Below are positions 35,334 through 44,102 of a DNA stretch of 64,000 nucleotides, one piece after another. The position numbers were made by a program, and so were the translations under genes. The stretch covers positions 8,990-72,989 of the forward strand of contig CAMFJT010000003.1 in the NCBI GenBank assembly GCA_945957125.1, given 5' to 3'. The notes beneath the pieces are model-generated. The model was not told the origin of the DNA. It did no database searches and worked only from the letters and a program-made list of their open reading frames with translations. Source of the DNA: an uncultured Rhodospirillales bacterium (GTDB lineage: Bacteria > Pseudomonadota > Alphaproteobacteria > Reyranellales > Reyranellaceae). The stretch's first letter is position 1, and each line of letters begins with the position of its first letter.

Positions 35334-36511
35334 AGCGTGGCCTCCGAGCCCAGGATCATGCTCGACACCGGCGTCACCATCGGTCCGGCGATCACCAGGG
35401 CGACGTTCGCGTCCTTCACCTGCGCCGTCGACTGGCCGCGCAGCTGGCGCACCGCCTCGACCTGCAGCTCGAGCCCGTGCATGTAGCATTCGGCCAGGTT
35501 GCCACCCGAGGTGTTGAGCGGCAGCTTGCCCGACGGCGCCATCAGGTTCTCCGGCGTGAGGAAATCGTTGGCCTCCTCGGCCGTGAAGAAGCCGTGCTCG
35601 ACCAGGCTCATCAGCACACCGCCGGTGAAGTTCTCGTAGGATTGCACGACATCGACATCGGACGGCTTCACGCGGGCCATGTCGTAGAGCTGCGGCGCCA
35701 CGGTCGTGAAGCTCGACGTGGCGTAGAGCGGCGCATTGTGGACGCGCGCGCCGTTGCGATGTTCCGAACCCTGGGTCGCGCCCAGCAGATAGGCCGGCTT
35801 GTGCCGGAAATCCTTCGCCTCCTCCGCGGGCACGAGGATCAACGCCGCCGCGCCGTCATTCTCCTGGCAGCAGTCGAACAGCCGCCACGGCTCGACGATC
35901 CAGCGGGAGTTGTCGTACGCCTCCTCGGTCAGCGGCCGGCCGTACATCACCGCACGCGGGTTGGATTGCGCGTGATGGTAGGAGGCGAGCGCGATGGCGC
36001 GTTGCGCCGACGGCGCGATGCCGTTGTCGTGCAGGAAGCGCATCGCCCGCATGGCGTAGCGCTGGCCCGGCGAGAACACGCCGTAGGGCGCATTGAACGC
36101 GTTCTCGCCCGAGGCTGTCCCGCCGGGCGCCGCCATGCCGAAGCGCTGGAACTGGCCCTGCGCCAGGGCGCGGAACACCACGACGCAGTTGGCGATGCCG
36201 CACGCCACTGCCGCGGCCGCATTGCCGACGGCGGCCGCCGCGCCTCCACCCCCGCCGCCCCAGTTCATGTTGGAGAAGCGCAAGGCCGGCAGGCCGAGCG
36301 CCGCCGCCAGACGCGACGGGTCGTTGCGGTCGTTGGAGTAGGAGGCGAAGCCGTCGATGCGGCGCGGATCGATGCCGGCATCCTCACAAGCCGCGAGCGT
36401 CGCCTGCAGCGCCAGCTTGAACTCCGACACCGGCGACTTGCCGTGCTTGTAATAGGGCGTCTCGCCGACGCCCACGACGGCGACCTGGCCGCGAAGGGTG
36501 CGCTGGCTCAT
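35330..36511 (-). CDS. Thiolase-fold (SCP-x/Ltp-like) protein lacking the usual nucleophilic cysteine
   Basis: The ATG at 36511 gives MSQRTLRGQVAVVGVGETPYYKHG... and NTSGGNLAECYMHG, both thiolase-like. Where thiolases carry C(A/G)SG, about 17 residues before the Gxx(D/N) turn, this protein reads [33 protein letters not shown]. Only the last 393 aa of track ORF 35330..38032 are real. Confidence 0.8.
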   Translation of the reverse strand: MSQRTLRGQVAVVGVGETPYYKHGKSPVSEFKLALQATLAACEDAGIDPRRIDGFASYSNDRNDPSRLAAALGLPALRFSNMNWGGGGGGAAAAVGNAAAAVACGIANCVVVFRALAQGQFQRFGMAAPGGTASGENAFNAPYGVFSPGQRYAMRAMRFLHDNGIAPSAQRAIALASYHHAQSNPRAVMYGRPLTEEAYDNSRWIVEPWRLFDCCQENDGAAALILVPAEEAKDFRHKPAYLLGATQGSEHRNGARVHNAPLYATSSFTTVAPQLYDMARVKPSDVDVVQSYENFTGGVLMSLVEHGFFTAEEANDFLTPENLMAPSGKLPLNTSGGNLAECYMHGLELQVEAVRQLRGQSTAQVKDANVALVIAGPMVTPVSSMILGSEATL

Positions 36512-37707
36512 GGACGATACTTCGCCGGCACGTCGAGGCCGAGGAAGCGGGCGCAGTTCAGGCCCAGCACCTTGGCGCGTGCGCCGTCGGAAAGCTGCCC
36601 CATGGTGCGCTCGATTGCCTCCGCCGAATGCGGCCAGGTCCCTTCGTGGTGCGGATAGTCGTTCGCCCACATGAAATTGTCGGCGAGATTGTGGCTCTCG
36701 GCGAGATCGAGCCCCGCCTTGTCCTCCTGGAAGGAGGAGAAGCCGTGCATGCGGTAATATTCGCTGGGCAGGTGCTTGAGCTTGGGCCGCACCCAGAAGT
36801 GATGCTTCTTGTAGGCCTCGTCCATCGCCTCCATCAGCCACGGCACCCAGCCGATGCCGGCCTCGATGGTCGCGAAGCGCAGGGTCGGGAAACGCTCGAG
36901 CACGCCGGAGGCGCAGAGGTTGGCCACCGGCTCGATGGTCGGCGACAGCGAATGCGAGACGTAGTTCACCACCGCCCCGCCGTTGCCGCGTGCGGCGCGA
37001 GGATCGCGGCCGGTCGAGACATGAAAGGTGATCGGCAGGTTGGCGTCGGTGATCGCCGCCCACAGCGGATCGAAATGCGGCAGGTTGTAGTTCACATGGC
37101 CGCTGTCGTGCGCGCCCCACACCGGCTTGCACGGCAGGGTCAGGCACTTGAAGCCGAGCTTCGCCAGCCGCTGGACCTCGGCGATCGAGCCTTCGAGGTC
37201 GGCGGTGGCGAGCGAGCCCGCGGGAATCATGCGATCCTGGTGGGTGCCGAACTGTTCCCACGCCCAGTCGTTCCACACCCGGCACTGCGCCATCGCGAAC
37301 TGCGGATCGGGCGTCGCCCACATCGCGAGGCCCTTGTTGGGAAAGATCAGCTCGACGTCGATGCCGTCGAGATCGTGATCGGCCAGCCGGCCGAGCGGAT
37401 CGGCGCCCGCCTTGTTGCGCGCCTGGTCCTCGCCCTCGAGCGTCGATAGCCGCAGCCGGTCGGGTCGATGGCCCTCGCTCACCCGCCACTGCACGCCGTC
37501 CTTGTCGGTGATGACCCGCGGCAGGCGGTCCTTGTACTTCGCCTCGATCCGCTCGACCCACAGGTTGGCCGGCTCGTTGGCGTGGCCGTCGGCGGAGACC
37601 ATGAAATACTTCCTGGCGGCATCCGGCCGCGCGCTGCGCGACCAGCCGGTGGCGCCGGGAGATTCGAGGCGCCAGCGGTTGGGCTCGTTGACGACGATAT
37701 GGTTCAT
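36508..37707 (-). CDS. Amidohydrolase_2 family metal-dependent hydrolase/decarboxylase (ACMSD/LigW-like)
   Basis: The ATG at 37707 is preceded by GGAGGAAGC. The product reads MNHIVVNEPNRW...YFMVSADGHANEP (metal-binding His), ITFHVSTG and MWANDYPHHEGTW. There are ATGA overlaps at both ends (37704-37707 and 36508-36511). Confidence 0.8.
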   Translation of the reverse strand: MNHIVVNEPNRWRLESPGATGWSRSARPDAARKYFMVSADGHANEPANLWVERIEAKYKDRLPRVITDKDGVQWRVSEGHRPDRLRLSTLEGEDQARNKAGADPLGRLADHDLDGIDVELIFPNKGLAMWATPDPQFAMAQCRVWNDWAWEQFGTHQDRMIPAGSLATADLEGSIAEVQRLAKLGFKCLTLPCKPVWGAHDSGHVNYNLPHFDPLWAAITDANLPITFHVSTGRDPRAARGNGGAVVNYVSHSLSPTIEPVANLCASGVLERFPTLRFATIEAGIGWVPWLMEAMDEAYKKHHFWVRPKLKHLPSEYYRMHGFSSFQEDKAGLDLAESHNLADNFMWANDYPHHEGTWPHSAEAIERTMGQLSDGARAKVLGLNCARFLGLDVPAKYRP

Positions 37708-38177
37708 CGCTTCCTCCGTTTCGACGGTTGCTCGGCCGCTGCTTGCGGCTCTTCCATTTCCCGTTCGAGCGTCTGCAGCACGCGCTCGCAAGTCTCGAGG
37801 TCCACCAACGGCACGCCGGCGAGCAGCCGCTTCTGGAAGTCGTTGCCGATCCGGGCGGCCCGGACCGCAAGCTCGCGGCCGGATTTGGTGAGGTGGATGC
37901 CCCGCGCGCGACGATCGCTCTCGTCCTCGCGGCGCGCGATGAAGCCGCGCCGTTCGAGATTGTCGAGCAGGCGAACCAACGAGGGGCCCTCGATCGACAT
38001 CGCGGTCGCGAGCTCCTTCTGGCGCACGCCATCGCCCAGCGAACGGACGTACATCAACGGACGCCATGTCGCCTCGGTCAGCCCGATCAGCCGCATCTCG
38101 GCATCGACCGCCTGGCGCATGCGCCGCGCGATACGGGCCACGAGGAATCCGAATTCGGTGTGCCGATCGCCAGTCAT
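37704..38177 (-). CDS. MarR family transcriptional regulator
   Basis: The 157-aa ORF has a winged-helix segment (LGDGVRQKELATAMSIEGPSLVRLLDNLERRGFIARREDESDRRARGIHLT). Confidence 0.88.
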   Translation of the reverse strand: MTGDRHTEFGFLVARIARRMRQAVDAEMRLIGLTEATWRPLMYVRSLGDGVRQKELATAMSIEGPSLVRLLDNLERRGFIARREDESDRRARGIHLTKSGRELAVRAARIGNDFQKRLLAGVPLVDLETCERVLQTLEREMEEPQAAAEQPSKRRKR

Positions 38178-38198
38178 CCCAAAAAGATAGGACGCTAC

Positions 38199-40439
38199 TT
38201 ATCTATTCGGCAAGCCCCGGATCGCCCGCCACACCCGCTCGGGTGAGCAGGGCATGTCGATGTGGGTGACGCCGAATTCGGCAAGTGCGTCGACCACCGC
38301 GTTCACGATCACCCCGAGCGCCGGCGTGATGCCGCCCTCCCCGCCGCCGCGCATGCCGAGGGGATGCGTCGTCGACGGCACCTCGGACAGCGCCGTGACG
38401 AAGCGCGGGAAATCGTCGGCGTGAGGCATGGCGTAGTCCATGAACGAGCCCGACAGGAGCTGGCCGTCGCCGTCGTAGACCATGCGCTCCATCAGCGCCT
38501 GCCCCGCCCCCTGCGCGATGCCGCCGTGCGTCTGGCCGTGCAGGATCAGCGGGTTCACCGCGCGGCCGACATCGTCGATGGTGGTGTAGCGGTCGAGCCG
38601 CACGACGCCGGTCTCGGCATCGATCTCGACCTCGCAGACATGCCACCCGTACGGATAGGCGCCGACCCGGCTGTCGACCTCGCCGGCATCGGCGATCGGG
38701 CCATGCCGCGCGGCGAGCTCGACGAGAGTCACACCGCGGTCCGTGCCCTTCACGGTGAACCGGCCGTCGGCGAAGGCGATGTCGGCTTCGCTCGCCTCGA
38801 GCTGCGCAGCCGCGAGCACCGTGCCCTTGGCGACGATGCCCTGCGCGGCCTTGTGGATGGTCGTGCCGGCCTGGCGCATCGAGCGGCCGGAATGCGAGCC
38901 GCCGCCCACCCCGAGGCGGTCGCTGTCGCTGCTCTCGACCGTGACGCTCCGAGCCGGAATACCGAGCCACTCCTCGACGAGCTGCGCGAAGCTCGTGGCA
39001 TGGCCCTGTCCGGCCGACAGCGTGCCAATCAGCACCTCGACCGTGCCATCGGCGCGCACCGTCACCTCCGCCCGCTCCTGCGGCGCACCGCTCTGCGATT
39101 CGATGTAGCCGCCGAGCCCGAGGCCGCGCCTCAGCCCGCGCGCAGCCGACTCCTCCTGCCGCGCGGCAAAGCCGTTCCAGTCGGCGAGCTTCAACACCGC
39201 GTCGAACGTGCCGGCATAGTCGCCGCTGTCGTAAGTCACGCCGAAGGCGTTGCGATAGGGCGTCGAGCGGATCAGGTTGCGGCGGCGCAGCTCGACCCGA
39301 TCGAAACCGTGCTCGCGCGCAGCCATGTCGATCAGCCGCTCGATCACGAACATGGTTTCGGGCCGGCCGGCGCTGCGATAGGGCGCGGTCGATTGCGTGT
39401 TGCTCAGCACCGCGCGCGCCCGCGCCGTCGCCGGCATGTCGTAGACGCTGGTCATGAGCTGTGTGCCCTTGGTCAGCGGGATGTAGGAAGCGGTATAGGC
39501 TCCGACATTGCTGATCGCCGTCGCATGCAGGCCGACGAACCGGCCGTCGGCCGATAGCGCCAGCTCCGATTCGACCCGCAGGTCGCGGCCGGCGTAATCG
39601 CTGGCAAACGCCTCGCCGCGCTCGCAGGTCCATTTGACGGGCCGGTCGACCTTCTTCGCCGCCCAGGCGACCAGCACGAACTCGGGATAGAGGTAGTTGC
39701 GCGTGCCGAAGTTGCCGCCGGTCTCGCGCGCGACGACGCGCACCTGCTCCGGCTCCAGCCCGAGGATGTACGCCAGCTCCTTCTTCGGACGCACGACCGC
39801 GCCGCCACCGGCGTAGAGCGTGTAGCGGCCGGTTTCCGCCGCGTATTCCCCCAGGGCCGCGCGCGGCTCCATCGGCACGCCAGCGATGCGCTGGATGTCG
39901 GTCTCGATCCGCACGATGTATTCTGCTTCGGCAAAACCGTCGCGCGTCGCCCGCGGGTTGCCGACCCGGGCATCGACCGCGATATCGGTCATCGGCGGCA
40001 GGCCCTCGTACGCCACGTCGATGACTTCCGCGGCGTCCTTGGCCTGGGCCACGGTCCCGGCGACGACGAAGGCGACGGCCTCGCCCACGAAGCGCACGCT
40101 GTCCGTCGCCAGGACCATCGGCCGCTCGAGCAGGTGCGGCGAGCCGTCGAGATTGTCGAGCCGGATGTCGGGCGGGCTCATCGCCTGCGGCATGTGCGGG
40201 ATCGGCTTCAGCCCCTCGGCCAGGACGTCGGCGCCGGTCAGGACCAGCAGCACGCCGGGCATCTTCCGCGCCGCCTCGGCATCGACCGAGACGAGGCGCG
40301 CGTGGGCGTGCGTCGAGCGCAGCACGACTCCGTGCGCCTGGCCGGGAAGCGTGAAGTCGTCGGAGTAGCAGCCGCCCCCGGTCAGCAGCCGCGCATCCTC
40401 CAGCCGCGGCAGGGACGCGCCGATGCCGTTGGCAGCCAT
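38199..40439 (-). CDS. Xanthine dehydrogenase/aldehyde oxidase-family molybdopterin-binding large subunit (CoxL form-II-like)
   Basis: The 746-aa ORF reads MAANGIGASLPRLEDARLLTGGGCYSDD... and GGNFGTR. The active-site loop is STAPYRSAGRPE, compared with AYRGAGR in form-II CoxL-like proteins. GGGEGGITPAL lies near the C-terminus. No FeS (CoxS) or FAD (CoxM) subunit genes are adjacent. Confidence 0.88.
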   Translation of the reverse strand: MAANGIGASLPRLEDARLLTGGGCYSDDFTLPGQAHGVVLRSTHAHARLVSVDAEAARKMPGVLLVLTGADVLAEGLKPIPHMPQAMSPPDIRLDNLDGSPHLLERPMVLATDSVRFVGEAVAFVVAGTVAQAKDAAEVIDVAYEGLPPMTDIAVDARVGNPRATRDGFAEAEYIVRIETDIQRIAGVPMEPRAALGEYAAETGRYTLYAGGGAVVRPKKELAYILGLEPEQVRVVARETGGNFGTRNYLYPEFVLVAWAAKKVDRPVKWTCERGEAFASDYAGRDLRVESELALSADGRFVGLHATAISNVGAYTASYIPLTKGTQLMTSVYDMPATARARAVLSNTQSTAPYRSAGRPETMFVIERLIDMAAREHGFDRVELRRRNLIRSTPYRNAFGVTYDSGDYAGTFDAVLKLADWNGFAARQEESAARGLRRGLGLGGYIESQSGAPQERAEVTVRADGTVEVLIGTLSAGQGHATSFAQLVEEWLGIPARSVTVESSDSDRLGVGGGSHSGRSMRQAGTTIHKAAQGIVAKGTVLAAAQLEASEADIAFADGRFTVKGTDRGVTLVELAARHGPIADAGEVDSRVGAYPYGWHVCEVEIDAETGVVRLDRYTTIDDVGRAVNPLILHGQTHGGIAQGAGQALMERMVYDGDGQLLSGSFMDYAMPHADDFPRFVTALSEVPSTTHPLGMRGGGEGGITPALGVIVNAVVDALAEFGVTHIDMPCSPERVWRAIRGLPNR

Positions 40440-40442
40440 GCG

Positions 40443-41021
40443 CTACAGCGCCGTCGGCAACGGAACGTTCAGCATCAGCCCGAGCTCGGTCCGCAAATCG
40501 CAGCTCACGCGGCCGTGCACCTTGCCCTGCTTGTCGAAATAGCGGCCGCTCGGCGCGGTCGGGAACGGGCCTTCGTGCCAGACATCGGCGTGGAGATAGA
40601 TGCCGAAGCTGCCGTCCGACCAGAAGGCGACGAACTTCTCCGGCGCGGGATCCTCGCCGGGCGGGCCGGCCGGCACGACGAACGGCCGCCCGTCGACCGG
40701 CCAGAAGAACTGCCCGCCGTCAGGATGGTAGTTGACGTGCCAGAGATGGACGTGGCCCGGCGCAGTGCGGTAGCCGAGCACGTAATCGCCGCCGACCGCC
40801 GCGTTGACGCCGCGCAATTCGTCGCCCTGCCATTCGCAGGCGAAGATGCCCTCGGTCGTGCCGCCCTCGTCGCCGGTGCCGGGATCGAGCCGGCGATGGC
40901 CCTTCACCGGCCAGGGCACGATGTGCACCTTGTGGGTCTTCGGATCGTGCACGATCTCACCAAAGCCCTTGAGGCTTTCGGGCGTGGCGCGCAGCAGCGG
41001 AACGTCGATAAGGCGTGTCAT
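40443..41021 (-). CDS. Ureidoglycolate lyase (AllA)-family cupin protein
   Basis: ORF 40443..41039. The ATG at 41021 gives MTRLIDVPLLRATPESLKGFGEIVHD, the usual N-terminus of the family. The beta-rich cupin body includes HVNYHPDGGQFFWP. The stop is 3 nt from the CoxL-like start. Confidence 0.7.
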   Translation of the reverse strand: MTRLIDVPLLRATPESLKGFGEIVHDPKTHKVHIVPWPVKGHRRLDPGTGDEGGTTEGIFACEWQGDELRGVNAAVGGDYVLGYRTAPGHVHLWHVNYHPDGGQFFWPVDGRPFVVPAGPPGEDPAPEKFVAFWSDGSFGIYLHADVWHEGPFPTAPSGRYFDKQGKVHGRVSCDLRTELGLMLNVPLPTAL

Positions 41022-41039
41022 CGCGATAGCTTGCAGCAA

Positions 41040-41801
41040 TCACCGCGGCCCGCAAAGCGGGATCGTCTCGTCTATCGCGGAGTCGAGCACGAGGTCGTCC
41101 CATGACGAGAGCAGCCACAGCGCATCGACCTGCCAGCGCAGGATCGGCCGATCCCACCAGCGCTCGATCAGCGCGGCGAGCGCCGCGGCTTCATGCGCAT
41201 CGAGATCGTCCATCAGGTTGTACAGGCCGACCAGATAGAGATCGGTCTCACGCCGGCCGGCCAGGCGCTGGACCCGCTTGAGCTGATTCTCGCCGTCGCG
41301 CTTCTCGGGGTAGACGCGCAAATAGAGCCGACCGTGATTGACGTTGCCGGAGAACAGGCCTCTCAGCTCCAGCGTGATCGGCCCGATCGCCGCCAGCGCG
41401 GCACGATCGAGCGCCTGCGGTGGGCCGCACAGCGTCGCATGGAGCTTGCCGCGCCGGCGCCGCACGATGTCCCAGGCGATCTTGGCGGCGAACGGCGCGG
41501 CTCTCAGCTCCGCCTCGAGCAGATGCTCGACATCCGGCACGGGTACCACCAGCGAGAGCGCCTTGGCGTGCCGGCCCCTGTCGTACGACGTACCCGGCCG
41601 CGCGGCGATCGCCCTCGGATGATGCGGCGCGACGAGCGGCAGGTGGGCGAGCCGATAAGCCTCGTCCAGGGCGAAGCCTGCACCCGGCGCGAAGCGCGTC
41701 CGGCTCGCCCGGTAGCCGAGCTCGTCGTCGTCACAGAGCAGGATGTTGCCCCGCCAGGCGATAGCGCCAGATTCCCATCGGCGGGAAATTCCGCCATTCA
41801 C
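41040..41801 (-). CDS. Hypothetical protein, possibly a degenerate 2H-phosphoesterase-like fold; start codon uncertain
   Basis: Frame 41040..41939 is open, but its only ATGs before residue 246 are at residues 1 and 7, deep inside the upstream methyltransferase gene. The GTG at 41801 is the best candidate I see. The sequence has LSLVVPVPDVEHLLEAEL...KLHATLCGP (one HxTx motif) ...ITLELRGLF...RLYLRV. The codon bias looks genuine. Confidence 0.5.
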   Translation of the reverse strand: MNGGISRRWESGAIAWRGNILLCDDDELGYRASRTRFAPGAGFALDEAYRLAHLPLVAPHHPRAIAARPGTSYDRGRHAKALSLVVPVPDVEHLLEAELRAAPFAAKIAWDIVRRRRGKLHATLCGPPQALDRAALAAIGPITLELRGLFSGNVNHGRLYLRVYPEKRDGENQLKRVQRLAGRRETDLYLVGLYNLMDDLDAHEAAALAALIERWWDRPILRWQVDALWLLSSWDDLVLDSAIDETIPLCGPR

Positions 41802-42342
41802 GTCCGACGAAAGTCGCTTCGAGTGCCAGCCTCGTGCGCTTGGGATCGACCGGCGGACGAAAGCCGTAGGTGTACTGGATGATCGCGCCGCCGGCGGGCA
41901 TCGCCGCGAACGCCGCCGCATAGCATCGCCCGGCGGCACCGGCCGGTATCGCCCTCATCGGCAGGCCGCTGACCACGGCGGAGACCGAAGAGAGTCCCGC
42001 ATCGCGCAACACCGTGCCGACATCCAGGGCGTCGCCCCGCAACACCTGCAGACCGGGAAACCGCCGCTCCAGCGCACGGCACAGCTCGGCGTCCCGTTCG
42101 ACGGCAACGACGCGTTCGGTCCAGGAACGGTTCTCGACCAGGGCCTGGGTGACCGCCCCGGTGCCGGCGCCCAGCTCGAGGATCGGCCCGGCGCCGGGAA
42201 TGGCCGCGCCGAACGCGGCCTGCGCGAGACGGCGGGCGGTCGCCCCGCTGCTCGGGAACGGCAGGCCGACACCCACGGGATCCCTCAGCCAGCCTCGGAC
42301 GAACGGCAGGGGATTGGATAGCGGTCGCTCGTCGATGCTCAT
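41731..42342 (-). CDS. Class I SAM-dependent methyltransferase (small phospholipid/rRNA-adenine N-methyltransferase-like family)
   Basis: The 203-aa ORF has PILELGAGTGAVTQAL (motif I), VVAVERD and VVSGLPM. This resembles the PmtA-type/ErmE-like small methyltransferases as I recall them. Confidence 0.7.
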   Translation of the reverse strand: MSIDERPLSNPLPFVRGWLRDPVGVGLPFPSSGATARRLAQAAFGAAIPGAGPILELGAGTGAVTQALVENRSWTERVVAVERDAELCRALERRFPGLQVLRGDALDVGTVLRDAGLSSVSAVVSGLPMRAIPAGAAGRCYAAAFAAMPAGGAIIQYTYGFRPPVDPKRTRLALEATFVGREWRNFPPMGIWRYRLAGQHPAL

Positions 42343-42422
42343 GTCGCCACCGAGGCCTCGGGATTGTGCCGTCTTCTACGGGCTGGCGGGACAGGGGTTG
42401 CACGCCACGGGCAGCCTCCGGA

Positions 42423-44024
42423 TCAGGCCGCCTGGCCGAGATCTTCGCCGGCAAGGGCGCGATCGATCAGCCGCACGACGTTGTCGCGGCCGTACAGCTT
42501 GATGAACGCGCCCATGCGCGGCCCCTGCGTACTGCCCAGCAGCACTTCGTAAAGCGTCGAGAACCATTGCCGCAGCTCTTCCTTGGCGAAGTGCCGCTTG
42601 CCGGTCTCGTAGACCTCGTTCTGGATGAACTCCGCGCTTTCGCCGTCGGGAATCCGGCGCAGCGTCTCGGCCAGGTCCTGCAGCGCCGCGCGCTCCTTGC
42701 CGACCGGCAAGCGGAACGTCTTCGAGCTCTTCACGAAGTCCTGGTAATACGCCACGGCGCCCTGCAGCAGGCGGTCGAGATAAGGCGCGCTCTGCGGCGT
42801 CGCTCCCGGCACGTAGCGGCGCAGGTACTGCCACAGCACGTCCTTGTCGTCGGTGTGCGCCACGCTTGCGAGGTTCAGCAGCATGCCGAAGCTCACGCCG
42901 CTGGCATGGTGATCGACCGCCTCGCCGTCATGGATATGCCAGGCGGGATTCTCGAGCGCCTTCGCCGGCTCCTCCTTGGGCAGCTTCTCGACGGCCGCGA
43001 GATAGTCGTCGATCGCGCGCGGGATCACGTCGAAATAGAGCCGCTTCGCACGCCGCGGCTGCTGCTGCATGTAAAGCGCCAGTGATTCGGGCGGCGCATA
43101 GCGCAGCCAGTCTTCGACCGAGAGCCCGTTGCCCTTGGACTTGGAGATCTTCTTGCCCTCCTCATCGAGGAACAGCTCGTAGTTGAAGCCCTCCGGAGGC
43201 CGGCCGCCCAGGATCTTCACGATCTTCGCCGACAGCTCGGCCGAGGGAATCAGATCCTTGCCGTACATCTCGTAGTCGACGTCGAGCGCGAACCAGCGGC
43301 CGGCCCAGTCGGCCTTCCACTGCAGCTTGACGTTGCCGCCGGTGACCGGCGTCTCGACCAACGAGCCGTCCTCGTCGCGATAGACGATCGTGCCGGCATC
43401 GACATCGGTCTCGATCACCGGCACCTGCAGCACGCGGCCCGTCTTGGGCGAGATCGGCAGGAAGATCGAATAGCTGGCGCGCCGCTCCGGTCCGAGGGTC
43501 GGCAGCATCACCGCCTGCACCTCCTCGTAGTGCTGCAACATCGTCAGCAGCATCCTGTCGAAGCGGCCCGACTTGTACCAGTCGGTCGCCGACTGGAACT
43601 CGTACTCGAAGCCGAAGGAATCGAGGAACGCCCGCAGCCGCGCATTGTTGGCCGCGCCGAACGAGGGGTGCTCGTTGCTGAACGGATCGGGCACTGCGGT
43701 CAGCGGCTTGCCGAGATGGGCTGCCAGCATCTCCTTGTTCGGCACGTTGTCGGGCACCTTGCGCAGCCCGTCCATGTCGTCGGAGAAGCAGAACAGCCGC
43801 GTCGGCACGTCGCTCAGCCGCTGGAAGGCGCGGCGTACCATGGTCGTGCGCACGACCTCGCCGAAGGTGCCGATATGCGGCAGGCCGGACGGCCCGTAGC
43901 CGGTCTCGAGCAGCACATAGCCTTTCGCCGGCGCCTTGCCGCCGGTGCGGGCGACCAACTTGCGGGCTTCTTCGAATGGCCACGCGCGGGCGGCCTCGGC
44001 AAGGGAACGATCGATCTGGGACAT
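42423..44024 (-). CDS. lysK: Lysine--tRNA ligase, class I
   Basis: The 533-aa ORF has [16 protein letters not shown] (the HIGH-type motif) and KISKSKGNG (KMSKS-type). Its architecture is that of class I LysRS, known in alphaproteobacteria. Confidence 0.93.
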   Translation of the reverse strand: MSQIDRSLAEAARAWPFEEARKLVARTGGKAPAKGYVLLETGYGPSGLPHIGTFGEVVRTTMVRRAFQRLSDVPTRLFCFSDDMDGLRKVPDNVPNKEMLAAHLGKPLTAVPDPFSNEHPSFGAANNARLRAFLDSFGFEYEFQSATDWYKSGRFDRMLLTMLQHYEEVQAVMLPTLGPERRASYSIFLPISPKTGRVLQVPVIETDVDAGTIVYRDEDGSLVETPVTGGNVKLQWKADWAGRWFALDVDYEMYGKDLIPSAELSAKIVKILGGRPPEGFNYELFLDEEGKKISKSKGNGLSVEDWLRYAPPESLALYMQQQPRRAKRLYFDVIPRAIDDYLAAVEKLPKEEPAKALENPAWHIHDGEAVDHHASGVSFGMLLNLASVAHTDDKDVLWQYLRRYVPGATPQSAPYLDRLLQGAVAYYQDFVKSSKTFRLPVGKERAALQDLAETLRRIPDGESAEFIQNEVYETGKRHFAKEELRQWFSTLYEVLLGSTQGPRMGAFIKLYGRDNVVRLIDRALAGEDLGQAA

Positions 44025-44102
44025 GGCCTACTAAAGCTCGGGAACCGGGAAAATTAGGTCATTTGCCGACGCAACGCCACCGCACCAGACTGCGCGTCAG
44101 GC

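Noticed and set aside
36220-36270. A poly-Gly/Ala coding run ([19 protein letters not shown]) in the thiolase-like gene, considered as a possible repeat expansion or assembly artefact.
   Set aside because: The reading frame is preserved and the flanking thiolase-fold segments align in register. I therefore interpret it as a genuine active-site substitution, reported as a finding, rather than an artefact. Read-level verification would still be worthwhile.
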